The notes beneath the pieces were generated by a model. That model was not told the origin of the DNA and ran no database searches. It worked only from the letters and a program-made list of their open reading frames with translations. From assembly GCA_049274945.1 (NCBI GenBank), contig JBASTP010000005.1, positions 3,178 through 67,177 of the forward strand: a stretch of DNA of 64,000 bases. The letters run 5' to 3'. Numbering within the stretch: position 1 is the first letter of the stretch; each line of letters starts with the position of its first letter. Positions 35,332 through 45,945 of the stretch are shown here, in pieces. Made by a program: the position numbers and the translations under genes. The stretch comes from Patescibacteria group bacterium. GTDB taxonomy: Bacteria > Patescibacteriota > UBA1384 > GWA2-35-9 > JBASTP01.

Positions 35332-37056
35332 TTATGATCGCTTAAGTACGTTCAAAAATACATCGGTTGGAATTTCAACGCGGCCGAATTGCCGCATTCG
35401 TTTTTTGCCTTTTTTCTGTTTATCGAGTAATTTATTTTTTCGCGTAACATCGCCGCCATACAATTTAGCCGTCACATCTTTGCGCAGCGGCGAAATCCTT
35501 TCGCTGGCAATGATTTTACTGCCGACTGCCGCCTGGATTTTAATCTCAAAGTTCTGGCGGGGAATCAATTCTTTGAGCCGGGTAACGAGTCTGCGGGCAA
35601 TGCTGTTCACCTTGCTGCCATGAATCAACTGTGAGAACGGCTCCATTTTTTCCTCGGCCACAAGCACATCGAGCGGCACTAAATCCGATTCGCGGTAGTC
35701 GATCAGCTCGTAATCCATGGTGGCGTAGCCGCTAGAAACGCTTTTGAGCTCGTCATAAAAATCAATAATGATCTCGCCCAGCGGCGCCTCGCCTTCAATC
35801 ACCAGAGACTCGGAAATTGTATTGTTTGTTAATACCATCCCGCGGTGGCGGTTGATGAGTTCTAAAATCGAGCCGAGATAATCTGGTGGTGTGACAATTT
35901 CCAGTCGGACAAAAGGTTCTTCCCAATCATTTTGAGATTTGAGATTTGAGATTTGAGATTTTTTACGGTAGGCAACCTGTGGCGTGGTAACTACAAGCTC
36001 AAGTCCAAACTCCCGTTCGAGCCGCTGCTTCACGATATCGAGGTGGAGCAGGCCCAAGCAGCCGAGCTTGAACCCCGGGCCGAACGCCTTAGACTCCGCG
36101 GGCTCAAACTGAAACGCGGCGTCGTTCAAGCGAAGTTTGTCGAGCGCTTTGCGCAGGAGTGGGGTGTCGGCGGATGAGACCGGGAAAACGCTTGCGTACA
36201 CCATTGGTTTCGGTTCTCGAAACCCCGCGATTGGTTCGGTGTTTTGAATTTCTGCCACCGTGTCTCCCACCCGGGCCTCGGTCAGCGATTTGAGATCAGT
36301 CACCACGTAGCCGATCTCGCCCTGAGCCAGGGCAAGGGCTCCCCGACGTTCCGGATGGAAGTAACCAACCTCGAGCACGCGCGCGGTGGCGCCGGTGGCC
36401 ATGAAGTTAAGGGTGGCACCTTTGGCAAGTCCGCCATCGAACACCCGCACATAAACAATTACGCCGCGGTGTTCGTCGTATAACGAATCGAACACCAGCG
36501 CCTTGAATGCGTTGTGTTCGTCGTCGGTTGGCGCGGGGATATCATGAATAATCCGGTCTATGAGCTCGGTAACACCTTCGCCGGTTTTGGCAGAAATTTT
36601 GAGCGGCACTCGGCCGGTGAGGGCTTGGAGGGCGGCTTGTGCTGAGGCAATATCGGCCGAAGGGAGATCAATCTTGTTGATTGCGGGAATGATGGTAAGG
36701 CCAGCGGCTTGCGCTAACCGAAAATTGGAAAGGGTTTGGGCTTGGATGCCTTTGGTGGCATCGACCAGGAGCACTGCGCCTTCGACACAGGAAAGCGCGC
36801 GGGAAACTTCGTAGGTAAAATCAACGTGGCCGGGAGTATCAATCAGATTCAGGATGTAGCCATGCCACAGCATCCGCACTGGCGCCATTTTGATAGTGAT
36901 GCCGCGCTCGCGCTCGAGCTCCATTGAATCGAGCATCTGTGGTTTTATCTTTTCTTTAGGGACCGTGCCAGTGAGCTCAATTAACCGATCGGCCAGGGTG
37001 GACTTGCCGTGGTCGATGTGGGAAATGATCACAAAGTTGCGAATTTGATTTAGCAT
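35332..37056 (-). CDS. lepA: Elongation factor 4 (LepA)
   Basis: NFVIISHIDHGKSTLADR, DTPGHVDF and a LepA-specific C-terminal domain. 574 aa. Confidence 0.95.
   Translation of the reverse strand: MLNQIRNFVIISHIDHGKSTLADRLIELTGTVPKEKIKPQMLDSMELERERGITIKMAPVRMLWHGYILNLIDTPGHVDFTYEVSRALSCVEGAVLLVDATKGIQAQTLSNFRLAQAAGLTIIPAINKIDLPSADIASAQAALQALTGRVPLKISAKTGEGVTELIDRIIHDIPAPTDDEHNAFKALVFDSLYDEHRGVIVYVRVFDGGLAKGATLNFMATGATARVLEVGYFHPERRGALALAQGEIGYVVTDLKSLTEARVGDTVAEIQNTEPIAGFREPKPMVYASVFPVSSADTPLLRKALDKLRLNDAAFQFEPAESKAFGPGFKLGCLGLLHLDIVKQRLEREFGLELVVTTPQVAYRKKSQISNLKSQNDWEEPFVRLEIVTPPDYLGSILELINRHRGMVLTNNTISESLVIEGEAPLGEIIIDFYDELKSVSSGYATMDYELIDYRESDLVPLDVLVAEEKMEPFSQLIHGSKVNSIARRLVTRLKELIPRQNFEIKIQAAVGSKIIASERISPLRKDVTAKLYGGDVTRKNKLLDKQKKGKKRMRQFGRVEIPTDVFLNVLKRS
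35931..35958 (+). repeat. Tandem heptamer (TTTGAGA)x4 inside the lepA coding sequence
   Basis: Four perfect 7-bp units followed by TTTTTT. Encodes ...KKSQISNLKSQND... in LepA. The unit length is not a multiple of 3. Confidence 0.6.
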
Positions 37057-37131
37057 TGATATGTACTACAATAGTACTGAATATCGGTCTTGAACGACAG
37101 TGCAGCTTGAAAACCGAACGGAGCAACCACT

Positions 37132-37983
37132 ATGCCAATCGAGCAATTAGAGCAGTGCTTGGGACTCGCATTTGCGACGAAAAACCAGCTGTATGGCATG
37201 CCAATCTGGTGCCACCTTGTAATCGTTGATAAACTCAAACAATCCAAGCGGTGGCAGCAACTCTATTTTACGGTTATTTTCTACCGCTCCAAACTAGGTA
37301 AGAATGGCGAGGTCTCGCTTTTCATACCTTGTCAGGTAAGAAATCTCTCGTCGCTCGATGGATCGCTGATCCAAAAAGATCACTGGCTTAACCGGATTAC
37401 CAACGAGCTGCTCGATGATCAGGGAATACCGGATAATCCTCTTACGATCGACGCTACAGGAAAGACCGTATCGTTCTATCACTTTATTTCGCGTCAACCA
37501 ACTGCTTTCAACCTCTGGGGCGATTTACCTCTCCGGTTCGAAAAAATAGAAGTTGTGCCCCGTATTCCTGAACTCGAGCGTGCTCATAACGGGACGTTCG
37601 TGAACTTCTGCCTATCTGAACAGCGACTGAGCATCTGGCGATTCTCACTGGCTACCACCGAAGACTTGTTCGAAATCCATAACGTAAAAGATTTACTCAC
37701 CATCAATGGTCCGAACCGGCTGTTTCATCAGTTGAGAGAATTGAGCTTACCGGAGTTCACAACCATCCAAAAATACGGATTTTTTGGGGAAGTAACCGTT
37801 GATATCACATTTGTTGGTGGTGACGGCCAATCGCATTACTCGCTCATGAGTCACGCCGACTACAAATTGAGAAAGCGACCACAAGTGATTGATTACCTTC
37901 CCGGCCTTCCAAAAATCGGGGTAGAGTCGTTTTGCTTTCCACCAACAAGAGAACCGTGGCTTATCCAGCTGTCGCGCTCATGA
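37132..37983 (+). CDS. Hypothetical protein (no recognisable family)
   Basis: 283-aa soluble ORF, divergent from lepA, followed by a clean terminator. AT-richer than its neighbours. Confidence 0.5.
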   Translation: MPIEQLEQCLGLAFATKNQLYGMPIWCHLVIVDKLKQSKRWQQLYFTVIFYRSKLGKNGEVSLFIPCQVRNLSSLDGSLIQKDHWLNRITNELLDDQGIPDNPLTIDATGKTVSFYHFISRQPTAFNLWGDLPLRFEKIEVVPRIPELERAHNGTFVNFCLSEQRLSIWRFSLATTEDLFEIHNVKDLLTINGPNRLFHQLRELSLPEFTTIQKYGFFGEVTVDITFVGGDGQSHYSLMSHADYKLRKRPQVIDYLPGLPKIGVESFCFPPTREPWLIQLSRS

Positions 37984-38000
37984 TTTAGGGAAACCAGTTC

Positions 38001-38032
38001 AGCTGAGTCTCGATGGAGTACTCAGCTTTTTT
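38001..38032 (+). terminator. Rho-independent terminator
   Basis: AGCTGAGT...ACTCAGCT stem followed by TTTTTT. Confidence 0.65.
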
Positions 38033-38053
38033 ATTTAATTTGCTAAAAACCTA

Positions 38054-38082
38054 TTGAGACTGCGCTATCGACAATGTATTAT
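38054..38082 (+). promoter_or_regulatory. Promoter TTGAGA-17-TATTAT for the PRC-barrel operon
   Basis: -35 at 38054-38059 and -10 at 38077-38082. RBS AAGAGGGG before the ATG at 38107. Confidence 0.5.
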
Positions 38083-38106
38083 TGAATTAAAGTAAAGAGG
38101 GGTTTA

Positions 38107-38613
38107 ATGCCATCGCTTGTGCTTGCTTCTTCGATCCTGCGGCTGCCGGTGGGCACGCTCGAGCCGCCGGTTAGAATCGGTAAAGTTAAGGATGTGGTGA
38201 TCGATCCTAAGGGTGGGGCGTTTTTGGGCGTGACGGTTTCCATTTCCCTCCTTAAACCGGCGCTCTTTGCGACAGCCGCCGACATTATTGCGGTGGATCG
38301 CGGCGGCCTCGTGATTAAATCCGAGGAAGCGCTTGTTGAGATTAACGAAATTGTTCGGGCGAAAGAAGCGTTGGGGCAGGGCATCCGGGTGATTGGCCTG
38401 CCGGTTACCACCCAATCGCGCAAGAGAGTTGGCCGGGTATCGGACCTCGCGATTGATTTGGAGGGCGAGCGGGTGGCTAAGTATTATGTGCGATCGTGGT
38501 TTTCCGAACGAATCATCCCTTCAACCGCGGTGGTCAAAATCACCAGAAAAGAGTTAGTGATCGAATCCGACGAGGCAATCGGCGGCGCTGCCGCGCCGGA
38601 AATCAGCGTATAA
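38107..38613 (+). CDS. PRC-barrel domain protein (tandem PRC barrels, YlmC/YmxH-like)
   Basis: VGTLEPPVRIGKVKDVVIDPKGGAFLGVTV and a second GRVSDLAIDLEGERV repeat are typical PRC-barrel strands. Confidence 0.55.
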   Translation: MPSLVLASSILRLPVGTLEPPVRIGKVKDVVIDPKGGAFLGVTVSISLLKPALFATAADIIAVDRGGLVIKSEEALVEINEIVRAKEALGQGIRVIGLPVTTQSRKRVGRVSDLAIDLEGERVAKYYVRSWFSERIIPSTAVVKITRKELVIESDEAIGGAAAPEISV

Positions 38614-38622
38614 TCATGAGTT

Positions 38623-38940
38623 ATGGCACGAGATCTTGAGGAACAGATTGAAAAACTCACCAAGGCGGTCGAGCAATCGAATCGGCGTACTACCCTATGG
38701 TATTCATTTTGGCACGGTATCTTTGTGGGGCTCGGTTCGACGGTTGGCGTGCTGATTATCGTGACGCTGATGCTTTATGTCGTGAGAAACCTCCTCCAGC
38801 TAGGGCCCCTGAAAAATTTTAACCAGTTTGGCAGCACGCTAGAACAAACCCTTAAACAGGCAACCGGCAGCGGCGAATCTAGCGTGCCAGCCGTCGTGCC
38901 GGGGCCGTCGTCTGAGCCAAGTGCAGTTAAACCACAATAA
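38623..38940 (+). CDS. Small membrane protein
   Basis: 105 aa. One or two TM helices (LWYSFWHGIFVGLGSTVGVLIIVTLMLYVV). Co-oriented with and 9 nt after the PRC-barrel gene. Confidence 0.5.
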   Translation: MARDLEEQIEKLTKAVEQSNRRTTLWYSFWHGIFVGLGSTVGVLIIVTLMLYVVRNLLQLGPLKNFNQFGSTLEQTLKQATGSGESSVPAVVPGPSSEPSAVKPQ

Positions 38941-38965
38941 AAAAAAGCGGCCTAGGTTGGCCGCT
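38938..38965 (-). terminator. Terminator shared by convergent genes (stronger on the minus strand)
   Basis: AGCGGCC-TAGGTT-GGCCGCT hairpin preceded by A9 (T-run on the minus strand). The stop codon of the minus gene lies in the loop. Confidence 0.55.
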
Positions 38966-39401
38966 GGGCTTTGAGCTCTCTGAGTAATAATTGCTTGCGC
39001 ACGTCAAGCCTGCCGTAGAAACCGGCTTTTTTGATTAAACCGGCCTCGTCAGCCTGGAGATGCCGGACCATGGCCAGAATGTGGTCACTTCTCGGCAAAT
39101 TTTGGCGGGGCGTAATACAAAGGCCGATACACATTCCATCGGGAGCGAAGAGATAGACACTACCCTCACAGCCCACATGGTAGCTGAATCCCGAAACCCG
39201 AGAAGGTACGCAGATGTGACCCAAAGCGAGTTGGCTGAGCTGCTCAACGGAGAGCGTTTCATTGAGTAGTTGGGCGGCACGTTTTTCTGCTTGATTGGAA
39301 TCAACAAACCGCCGCTCCTGTGCCCTTTGTGCCCTTAATACAAAAATATAGATGATTAACAGATAAACCATTAACCACAGAACGACCACTACAATCTCCA
39401 T
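38952..39401 (-). CDS. Hypothetical membrane-anchored protein
   Basis: 149 aa. N-terminal TM helix, then a soluble Cys-containing domain. Last gene of the groES-groEL strand block. Confidence 0.45.
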   Translation of the reverse strand: MEIVVVVLWLMVYLLIIYIFVLRAQRAQERRFVDSNQAEKRAAQLLNETLSVEQLSQLALGHICVPSRVSGFSYHVGCEGSVYLFAPDGMCIGLCITPRQNLPRSDHILAMVRHLQADEAGLIKKAGFYGRLDVRKQLLLRELKAQRPT

Positions 39402-39404
39402 TGA

Positions 39405-39674
39405 TCAGCCACCGACAAGTGGTGAATGCGACTCGTACTGGAAAGTATCCAGACTCGGATTGTCACCTTTGTGGACTTGTACGCCATCCGCACCCTGTTT
39501 TTGTACTGCGACCACCAGCCGGCCTTTGTCGATTTCGCCGTCCGCCCACTTGCGAATTTTCTTAATCTCGGCTTCCCGCTGCTCAGCGGTCATTGACTCG
39601 ATTTGCTCTCGGGTGAGCTCGCTAACCTTCGTGTGTCCTGTGTGATTCAACTGAAGCACTCTCATAACCAACAC
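39405..39674 (-). CDS. Hypothetical small protein
   Basis: 89-aa hydrophilic ORF between groEL and the 149-aa gene. Confidence 0.4.
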   Translation of the reverse strand: MLVMRVLQLNHTGHTKVSELTREQIESMTAEQREAEIKKIRKWADGEIDKGRLVVAVQKQGADGVQVHKGDNPSLDTFQYESHSPLVGG

Positions 39675-39752
39675 TCCTTAGATTTGAAATGAACGACGCT
39701 CCCATAGTAATCCATAAGCGTCGTTCAGTCAATACCGATAAGATGGTCAACC

Positions 39753-41375
<1,623 letters not shown>

Positions 41376-41407
41376 TCATTTATGTTACTTGTAGTGAGCT
41401 TGTCGAA

Positions 41408-41698
41408 CTATTTTTCGAGGATGGCGAGGACATCTGATTCCGAAATAATCTTGAGTTCTTCGCCATTCAATTTAATTTCATCCCCCCCATATTTTGCAAA
41501 AATAACGCGATCGCCCTTTTTAACTTCGAGGGGAATGCGCTTGCCGTCCTCAAACTTGCCCGAACCGACTGCCAGTACCTCGCCTTCCTGAGGTTTCTCT
41601 TTGGCAGTATCGGGTAGCACGATGCCGGATTTGGTTAACCCCTCCGAATCGATTGGTCTAACGAGAATCTTGTCTCCAATTGGTTTTAGATTTGCCAT
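41408..41698 (-). CDS. groS: Co-chaperonin GroES
   Basis: 96 aa. [15 protein letters not shown]...GIVLPD mobile-loop region. Confidence 0.95.
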   Translation of the reverse strand: MANLKPIGDKILVRPIDSEGLTKSGIVLPDTAKEKPQEGEVLAVGSGKFEDGKRIPLEVKKGDRVIFAKYGGDEIKLNGEELKIISESDVLAILEK

Positions 41699-41738
41699 AA
41701 ATAATCCTTCCTTAATTAACTTTGACTGCCAACCAGTG

Positions 41739-41768
41739 ATTGTAGTACAAAATAGTTACTAATGTCAA
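41739..41768 (-). promoter_or_regulatory. groES promoter TTGACA-18-TACAAT (minus strand)
   Basis: Minus-strand -35 at 41763-41768 and -10 at 41739-41744. RBS AAGGAAGG. No CIRCE element found. Confidence 0.5.
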
Positions 41769-41785
41769 GAGCTTCAAAGTAAGCT

Positions 41786-41970
41786 TTGGCGAAGCGGAGC
41801 CAACCCGAGGCAGTTGCGAGCGCCATTGGAAGCGAAGCGCTCCAATCCCGGCGAGCTGCCTGGACGACGGGACCCCGAGCTTTGTCGAGGGGCAGGAGCT
41901 ACCAAGCAGCGAGCCGAAGGACGAGCCGGAGGCGAGTAGAGCGCTGCCGAGGGTGGCTACGCGAGCCAGC
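41786..41970 (+). repeat. Divergent third copy of the GC-rich MITE-like repeat (copy C)
   Basis: Begins TGGCGAAGCGGAGCC..., compared with TGGCGAAGGGTGCG in copy B. Its 3' end GAGTAGAGCGCTGCCGAGGGTGGCTACGCGAGCCAG parallels copy B ATGTAGAGCGCACGCCCCGAGGCGGTACCCGAGCCAG. About 62% GC. Confidence 0.4.
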
Positions 41971-42450
41971 TTAAGATTTTGGCGGGTGAAAACCGAGTTC
42001 TTGGTCTGAAAAGCGCACTTGCGAGCCCAGTTGGTTAGTGCGGGGATCTCGGCGAAAGCGAGCTTGCTGGAAGCGCTTCGCTAGTTGCTCGAGTAGTTGC
42101 CCAAAAGACCCTGAGAGCAGCCGCTCGAAAAGATTTAATTCAGAGCTCGTTCGTTGCCAGAGTACCTGATGGACACGACCCTGACGAGCCGGGCCATCAA
42201 ATGTTGCAAACCAGTTTAAACAAATCCTGCCGGCAACTGCCTGACCATGCCGCCGCACACCGAGCAGTTGAATAACGGTGGTAACAAAAAACCGCGTAAA
42301 ATAGAGTCTGCCCGGCCTGACTTGGATAAAAAAATCGATGTCCGATCCTTTATGTTGCCGGCCTTCGGCAAGCGATCCAGTCAAACTCACCCGTTCGACG
42401 AATGGCAACTTTCCGATAATCCGCGCGTAGTGTTTGGCTTTTTCGATCAT
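41971..42450 (-). CDS. Nucleotidyltransferase-domain protein (minimal NTase fold)
   Basis: GSLAEGRQHKGSDIDFFI matches GSx9-13Dx(D/E). The C-terminal half is of doubtful coding quality and runs into the GC-rich repeat. Confidence 0.45.
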   Translation of the reverse strand: MIEKAKHYARIIGKLPFVERVSLTGSLAEGRQHKGSDIDFFIQVRPGRLYFTRFFVTTVIQLLGVRRHGQAVAGRICLNWFATFDGPARQGRVHQVLWQRTSSELNLFERLLSGSFGQLLEQLAKRFQQARFRRDPRTNQLGSQVRFSDQELGFHPPKS

Positions 42451-42471
42451 CGTGTACTACAATGGTACAAC

Positions 42472-43440
42472 ATGGCGAAAGTATTTTCTGCTATTAGACC
42501 CTCGGGCGAGCTCCATCTTGGTAATTACCTCGGAGCCATTAAGCAATGGGTGGAGCTCCAGCAAAAGCACACCTGTTTTTTTGCGGTCGCCGACTACCAC
42601 GCGATTACGACACCATTTGATCCAAAAAAACTGCCGATATTTACCGAAGACTTAGTTGCGTGGTTTTTGGCAGCCGGACTCGACCCTAAAAAAGTCACCC
42701 TCTTCCGCCAATCAGATGTTCCCGAACACACCGAGCTTTCATGGCTGCTCACTGCCATTACCTCGTTGAGTGAGCTCGAACGAATGACTCAATTCAAGGA
42801 AAAAACAGCGCAACAAAAGGGTTCTGTAGCAGCTGGTTTGCTTAGCTATCCCACTCTTATGGCAGCCGATATTCTCCTCTACCAGGCGGAGCTTGTGCCG
42901 GTTGGGGAAGATCAAGTGCAGCACATTGAATTCACCCGGGAACTTGTGCGCCGGTTTACCAGCCGCTTTGGTAAATTGTTTGTCGAACCCAGGCCGCTCC
43001 TGACTACGCTTCCCAGAATTATGTCTTTAACCAATCCTAACGAAAAAATGAGCAAAACCGGCGCTTCGGGCATTGCCCTGGCTGACTCAGCCAAAACCAT
43101 TGAACACAAAATTATGACGGCAGTAACCGACACCAAAGCAACCCCGGGCGCTGTATCGGCTGGCGTTGCTAATCTTTTTGGTATTCTCGAACTCTTCGAT
43201 AAACTACTTGCAACCAAGCTCAGGGGAGAATATGACCAAGGTAACTTTAAGTACGTCACCCTTAAACAAGCACTTTCGAATGCGGTAATTAAGGAACTCA
43301 CGCCCCTTCAGAAAAAGCACGATAAAATCATTAACGAGCAAGGCATGGTTAAAACCGTGCTAGCCGAAGGGGCACTCAAAGCCCGGCCGGTAGCGCAAAA
43401 AACACTGAGTCATGCCAAAAAATTGATGGGTCTCGCTTAA
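42472..43440 (+). CDS. trpS: Tryptophanyl-tRNA synthetase
   Basis: Trimmed to MAKVFSAIRPSGELHLGNYLGAI (class I HIGH-like motif) with KMSKTG (KMSKS) present. A TACAAT -10 ends 8 nt before the ATG, so the mRNA is probably leaderless. Confidence 0.9.
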   Translation: MAKVFSAIRPSGELHLGNYLGAIKQWVELQQKHTCFFAVADYHAITTPFDPKKLPIFTEDLVAWFLAAGLDPKKVTLFRQSDVPEHTELSWLLTAITSLSELERMTQFKEKTAQQKGSVAAGLLSYPTLMAADILLYQAELVPVGEDQVQHIEFTRELVRRFTSRFGKLFVEPRPLLTTLPRIMSLTNPNEKMSKTGASGIALADSAKTIEHKIMTAVTDTKATPGAVSAGVANLFGILELFDKLLATKLRGEYDQGNFKYVTLKQALSNAVIKELTPLQKKHDKIINEQGMVKTVLAEGALKARPVAQKTLSHAKKLMGLA

Positions 43441-43653
43441 TACATATTGCGTACGCAAGAGTATATAGGGCTTGACAAGTCTTTTTTTAATGCTAGTGTA
43501 GATAAACTTTATGGCGGTATAGACCGAGGTTAGGAAAATTCTTAGCCTCAAGCGGTCGATTGCTATGAGGGAACTCACATACTGCATGGTAAGGGAGGGG
43601 TCGATTTGTGATGTTTTTTAGTAACTAATTGGAAATAACAGGAGAAATTATTA

Positions 43654-45720
43654 ATGACAAAAATCAATAAAATTTTTCAGCTCGTGCTTGCTCTCCTTGT
43701 TGGAATGGCGACATTTATGCCAAGCCAACAAGTACTGGCAAACCCAGCTGCACCGGCCGAGCCTTCGGCACTTATCCAGCTAACAAACGACGGCAAAACA
43801 CAATTGCAAGTAGGAGATACCATTGTTCAACACGAACTTATTGTTCGCTCGACGCTCTCTGACCCCGACCCAGCCGATACCCTAACCCTCGAGGTCGAGG
43901 TGAGAGAACTCGGTGTCGCATTTACCGGCATACCAACCCACCAAGCAATCGGGCAACCAACCGTAGCTAACTCACCGATTAGCGTGAACCTTTCGGCAAG
44001 CGTTCCTGCCGATGGCAGCTACCACTGGCAAGCTCGGAGCCGTGACGGCTCGGGCGGCCTCTCGGCATGGCGTTCATTCCCATTCCCCTCGTCGAATGCC
44101 GAGGCAACGGCTGATTTTAGCGTTGACACTACCCCACCGAAAGCACCAGGGAGCGTAACGGCAAAAGCTGATTTTGCCCGAGCCATAGTGAATTGGTCAA
44201 ACTCTGCCGATGTTAATCGGGTCGAAGTCTATCGCTCGAACACGGCCGGTTCCCTCGGTGAGCTTATCGGTACGGTAACCGGAACAAGCTTTACCGCAAC
44301 TGGGCTCGACGAAGGAAAAAGCTATTACTTTTCGCTTATCGCGCTTGATACGATTGGTCACCGATCGGCCCAATCGCAGCAAGTGCTTGCGGTAACCGAA
44401 CTGCGGCCAGACGATGGCGCAACAAGTGGCTATTCACAGAGTGGCAGCTGGAATACCGTTAGCTCTGCGGCAGGACAGGAATCAGACTACCGCTGGGCAA
44501 CCGGGGATTCTGGCGCTACCGCAACCTTCCGACCGAATGTTTCGGTCACCGGCGACTATGAAGTGTATGTTTCATGGGTTGTCGATCCAACTGGTGTGCC
44601 TGGCCCACAAGCAAAAGATGCTCCCTATAAAGTAGTTACCCCTTCCCGGGACGCATCGGTTAGTATCGACCAGTCACTTAAAGCCAACGGCACCTACGAG
44701 GAAAATGCCTGGTCCGGCTGGAAGATGCTCGGTACGTTTTCACTCGAATCCGGCACCTCAAGTTCGATTACCTTGACGGCGCGGGGAAACGGCTTTGTCG
44801 TGGCTGATGCCAGTAGGTTTGTCTACCTACGCCCGGCTGAGCCGAAGAACCTTACCATCAGCGACCGTGCCAATGATCGTGGTAACGCGCTCATTTTGAG
44901 CTGGAGTGCCTCAGCATCACCAACTACCTTGAAATACCGCGTCTACCGCAGCCAGATGGCTGGTCAGTATGACCGGAATACCAAACTTACTGAGCTCACG
45001 ACAACGAGCTACACCGACGAAATGGTTGTGCCAGGCGCCACCTACTACTACATTGTTACGGCTACTGATGGCACCAACGAATCAGCCCCTTCACTGGAGG
45101 TATCGGCGACTTCGGTCACTGAAATCTTCCCGACCGCTCCTGCTAATCTCGCAACTGCTGTCTCGGACAAGCAGGCTACCCTCTCTTGGTCAAAGGTCGA
45201 AGGAGCTGCCGACTACGTTGTCCGATTCCGCAAAACAACCGACGCCAGCTTCTCAACGGTCGTGATTTCTGGAACCGATGTAACTACTACCACGGTAAGT
45301 GGCTTGGACCCAGAATCTGACTACGAGTTTGGGATTGCTACCCGCGACAGCTCGGGTAACAACTCGGCATTCACTTCTGAATCGAAGAAAACTCTCTCGA
45401 GCAAGATTGCTGCCGAGGTTTCTAAGGGCAAAACCGTAGAGCAAGCCGAAGCAGCGGTGAAATCGCAGGAAACTCGTGAGGCTACTGCTGCCACCCCTAA
45501 ACAAGAAAAGGAAGAAGCTCAAGTTAAACCAGAAGAATCAAAGCAGGAAGCTAAGCCCGCTAAGCAGCGGATTCCCCGCCGGGCGGCCGTCGCGATTGTG
45601 ATTATTCTTGTCGCAATCGGCGCAGGACTCGTTGGGTACTACGGACTTGATTGGCTCTCGAAAGAGAAACCTAATGAGCCCGGACCAAAACCACCGACCA
45701 AACGCAACGGTCGCTGGTAA
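43654..45720 (+). CDS. Large secreted surface protein with fibronectin type III repeats and C-terminal membrane anchor
   Basis: Signal peptide. At least three FN3-like modules (...LTISDRANDRGNALILSWSA..., ...ANLATAVSDKQATLSWSKVEGAADYVVRF...). A K/E-rich linker, a C-terminal TM helix and a basic tail. Confidence 0.7.
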   Translation: MTKINKIFQLVLALLVGMATFMPSQQVLANPAAPAEPSALIQLTNDGKTQLQVGDTIVQHELIVRSTLSDPDPADTLTLEVEVRELGVAFTGIPTHQAIGQPTVANSPISVNLSASVPADGSYHWQARSRDGSGGLSAWRSFPFPSSNAEATADFSVDTTPPKAPGSVTAKADFARAIVNWSNSADVNRVEVYRSNTAGSLGELIGTVTGTSFTATGLDEGKSYYFSLIALDTIGHRSAQSQQVLAVTELRPDDGATSGYSQSGSWNTVSSAAGQESDYRWATGDSGATATFRPNVSVTGDYEVYVSWVVDPTGVPGPQAKDAPYKVVTPSRDASVSIDQSLKANGTYEENAWSGWKMLGTFSLESGTSSSITLTARGNGFVVADASRFVYLRPAEPKNLTISDRANDRGNALILSWSASASPTTLKYRVYRSQMAGQYDRNTKLTELTTTSYTDEMVVPGATYYYIVTATDGTNESAPSLEVSATSVTEIFPTAPANLATAVSDKQATLSWSKVEGAADYVVRFRKTTDASFSTVVISGTDVTTTTVSGLDPESDYEFGIATRDSSGNNSAFTSESKKTLSSKIAAEVSKGKTVEQAEAAVKSQETREATAATPKQEKEEAQVKPEESKQEAKPAKQRIPRRAAVAIVIILVAIGAGLVGYYGLDWLSKEKPNEPGPKPPTKRNGRW

Positions 45721-45739
45721 TTTATAGGTTAGTGTATAT

Positions 45740-45900
45740 GTGTCCTGGCGAAGGGTGCGAGGGGAGGGCGGGTTGCTAGCCTGCCTGCCGGTAGGCAGGC
45801 GCCACAGGAAGGGAGCATCCAGCAGCGAACGAAGTGAGCTCTCTAGGAGCGACCGCTCATGTAGAGCGCACGCCCCGAGGCGGTACCCGAGCCAGGACAC
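45740..45900 (+). repeat. GC-rich MITE-like intergenic repeat, copy B (full length, inverted relative to copy A)
   Basis: 161 bp, about 68% GC. Terminal inverted repeat GTGTCCTGGC...GCCAGGACAC and an internal hairpin GCCTGCC-GGTA-GGCAGGC. Confidence 0.55.
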
Positions 45901-45945
45901 TCGCTAGGAAACAGTTTTGATCATTCGCAATGGTATAATGGGATT

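Noticed and set aside
35931-35965. Tandem repeats as a possible CRISPR array
   Set aside because: Units are 7 bp with no spacers and lie inside lepA. No CRISPR-like repeat-spacer organisation exists anywhere in the window.
42250-42471. Possible T-box leader in front of trpS
   Set aside because: Only a weak partial match (AACGGTGGTAAC...CCGCG). The region is occupied by the opposite-strand NTase ORF, and a promoter sits directly at the trpS start.
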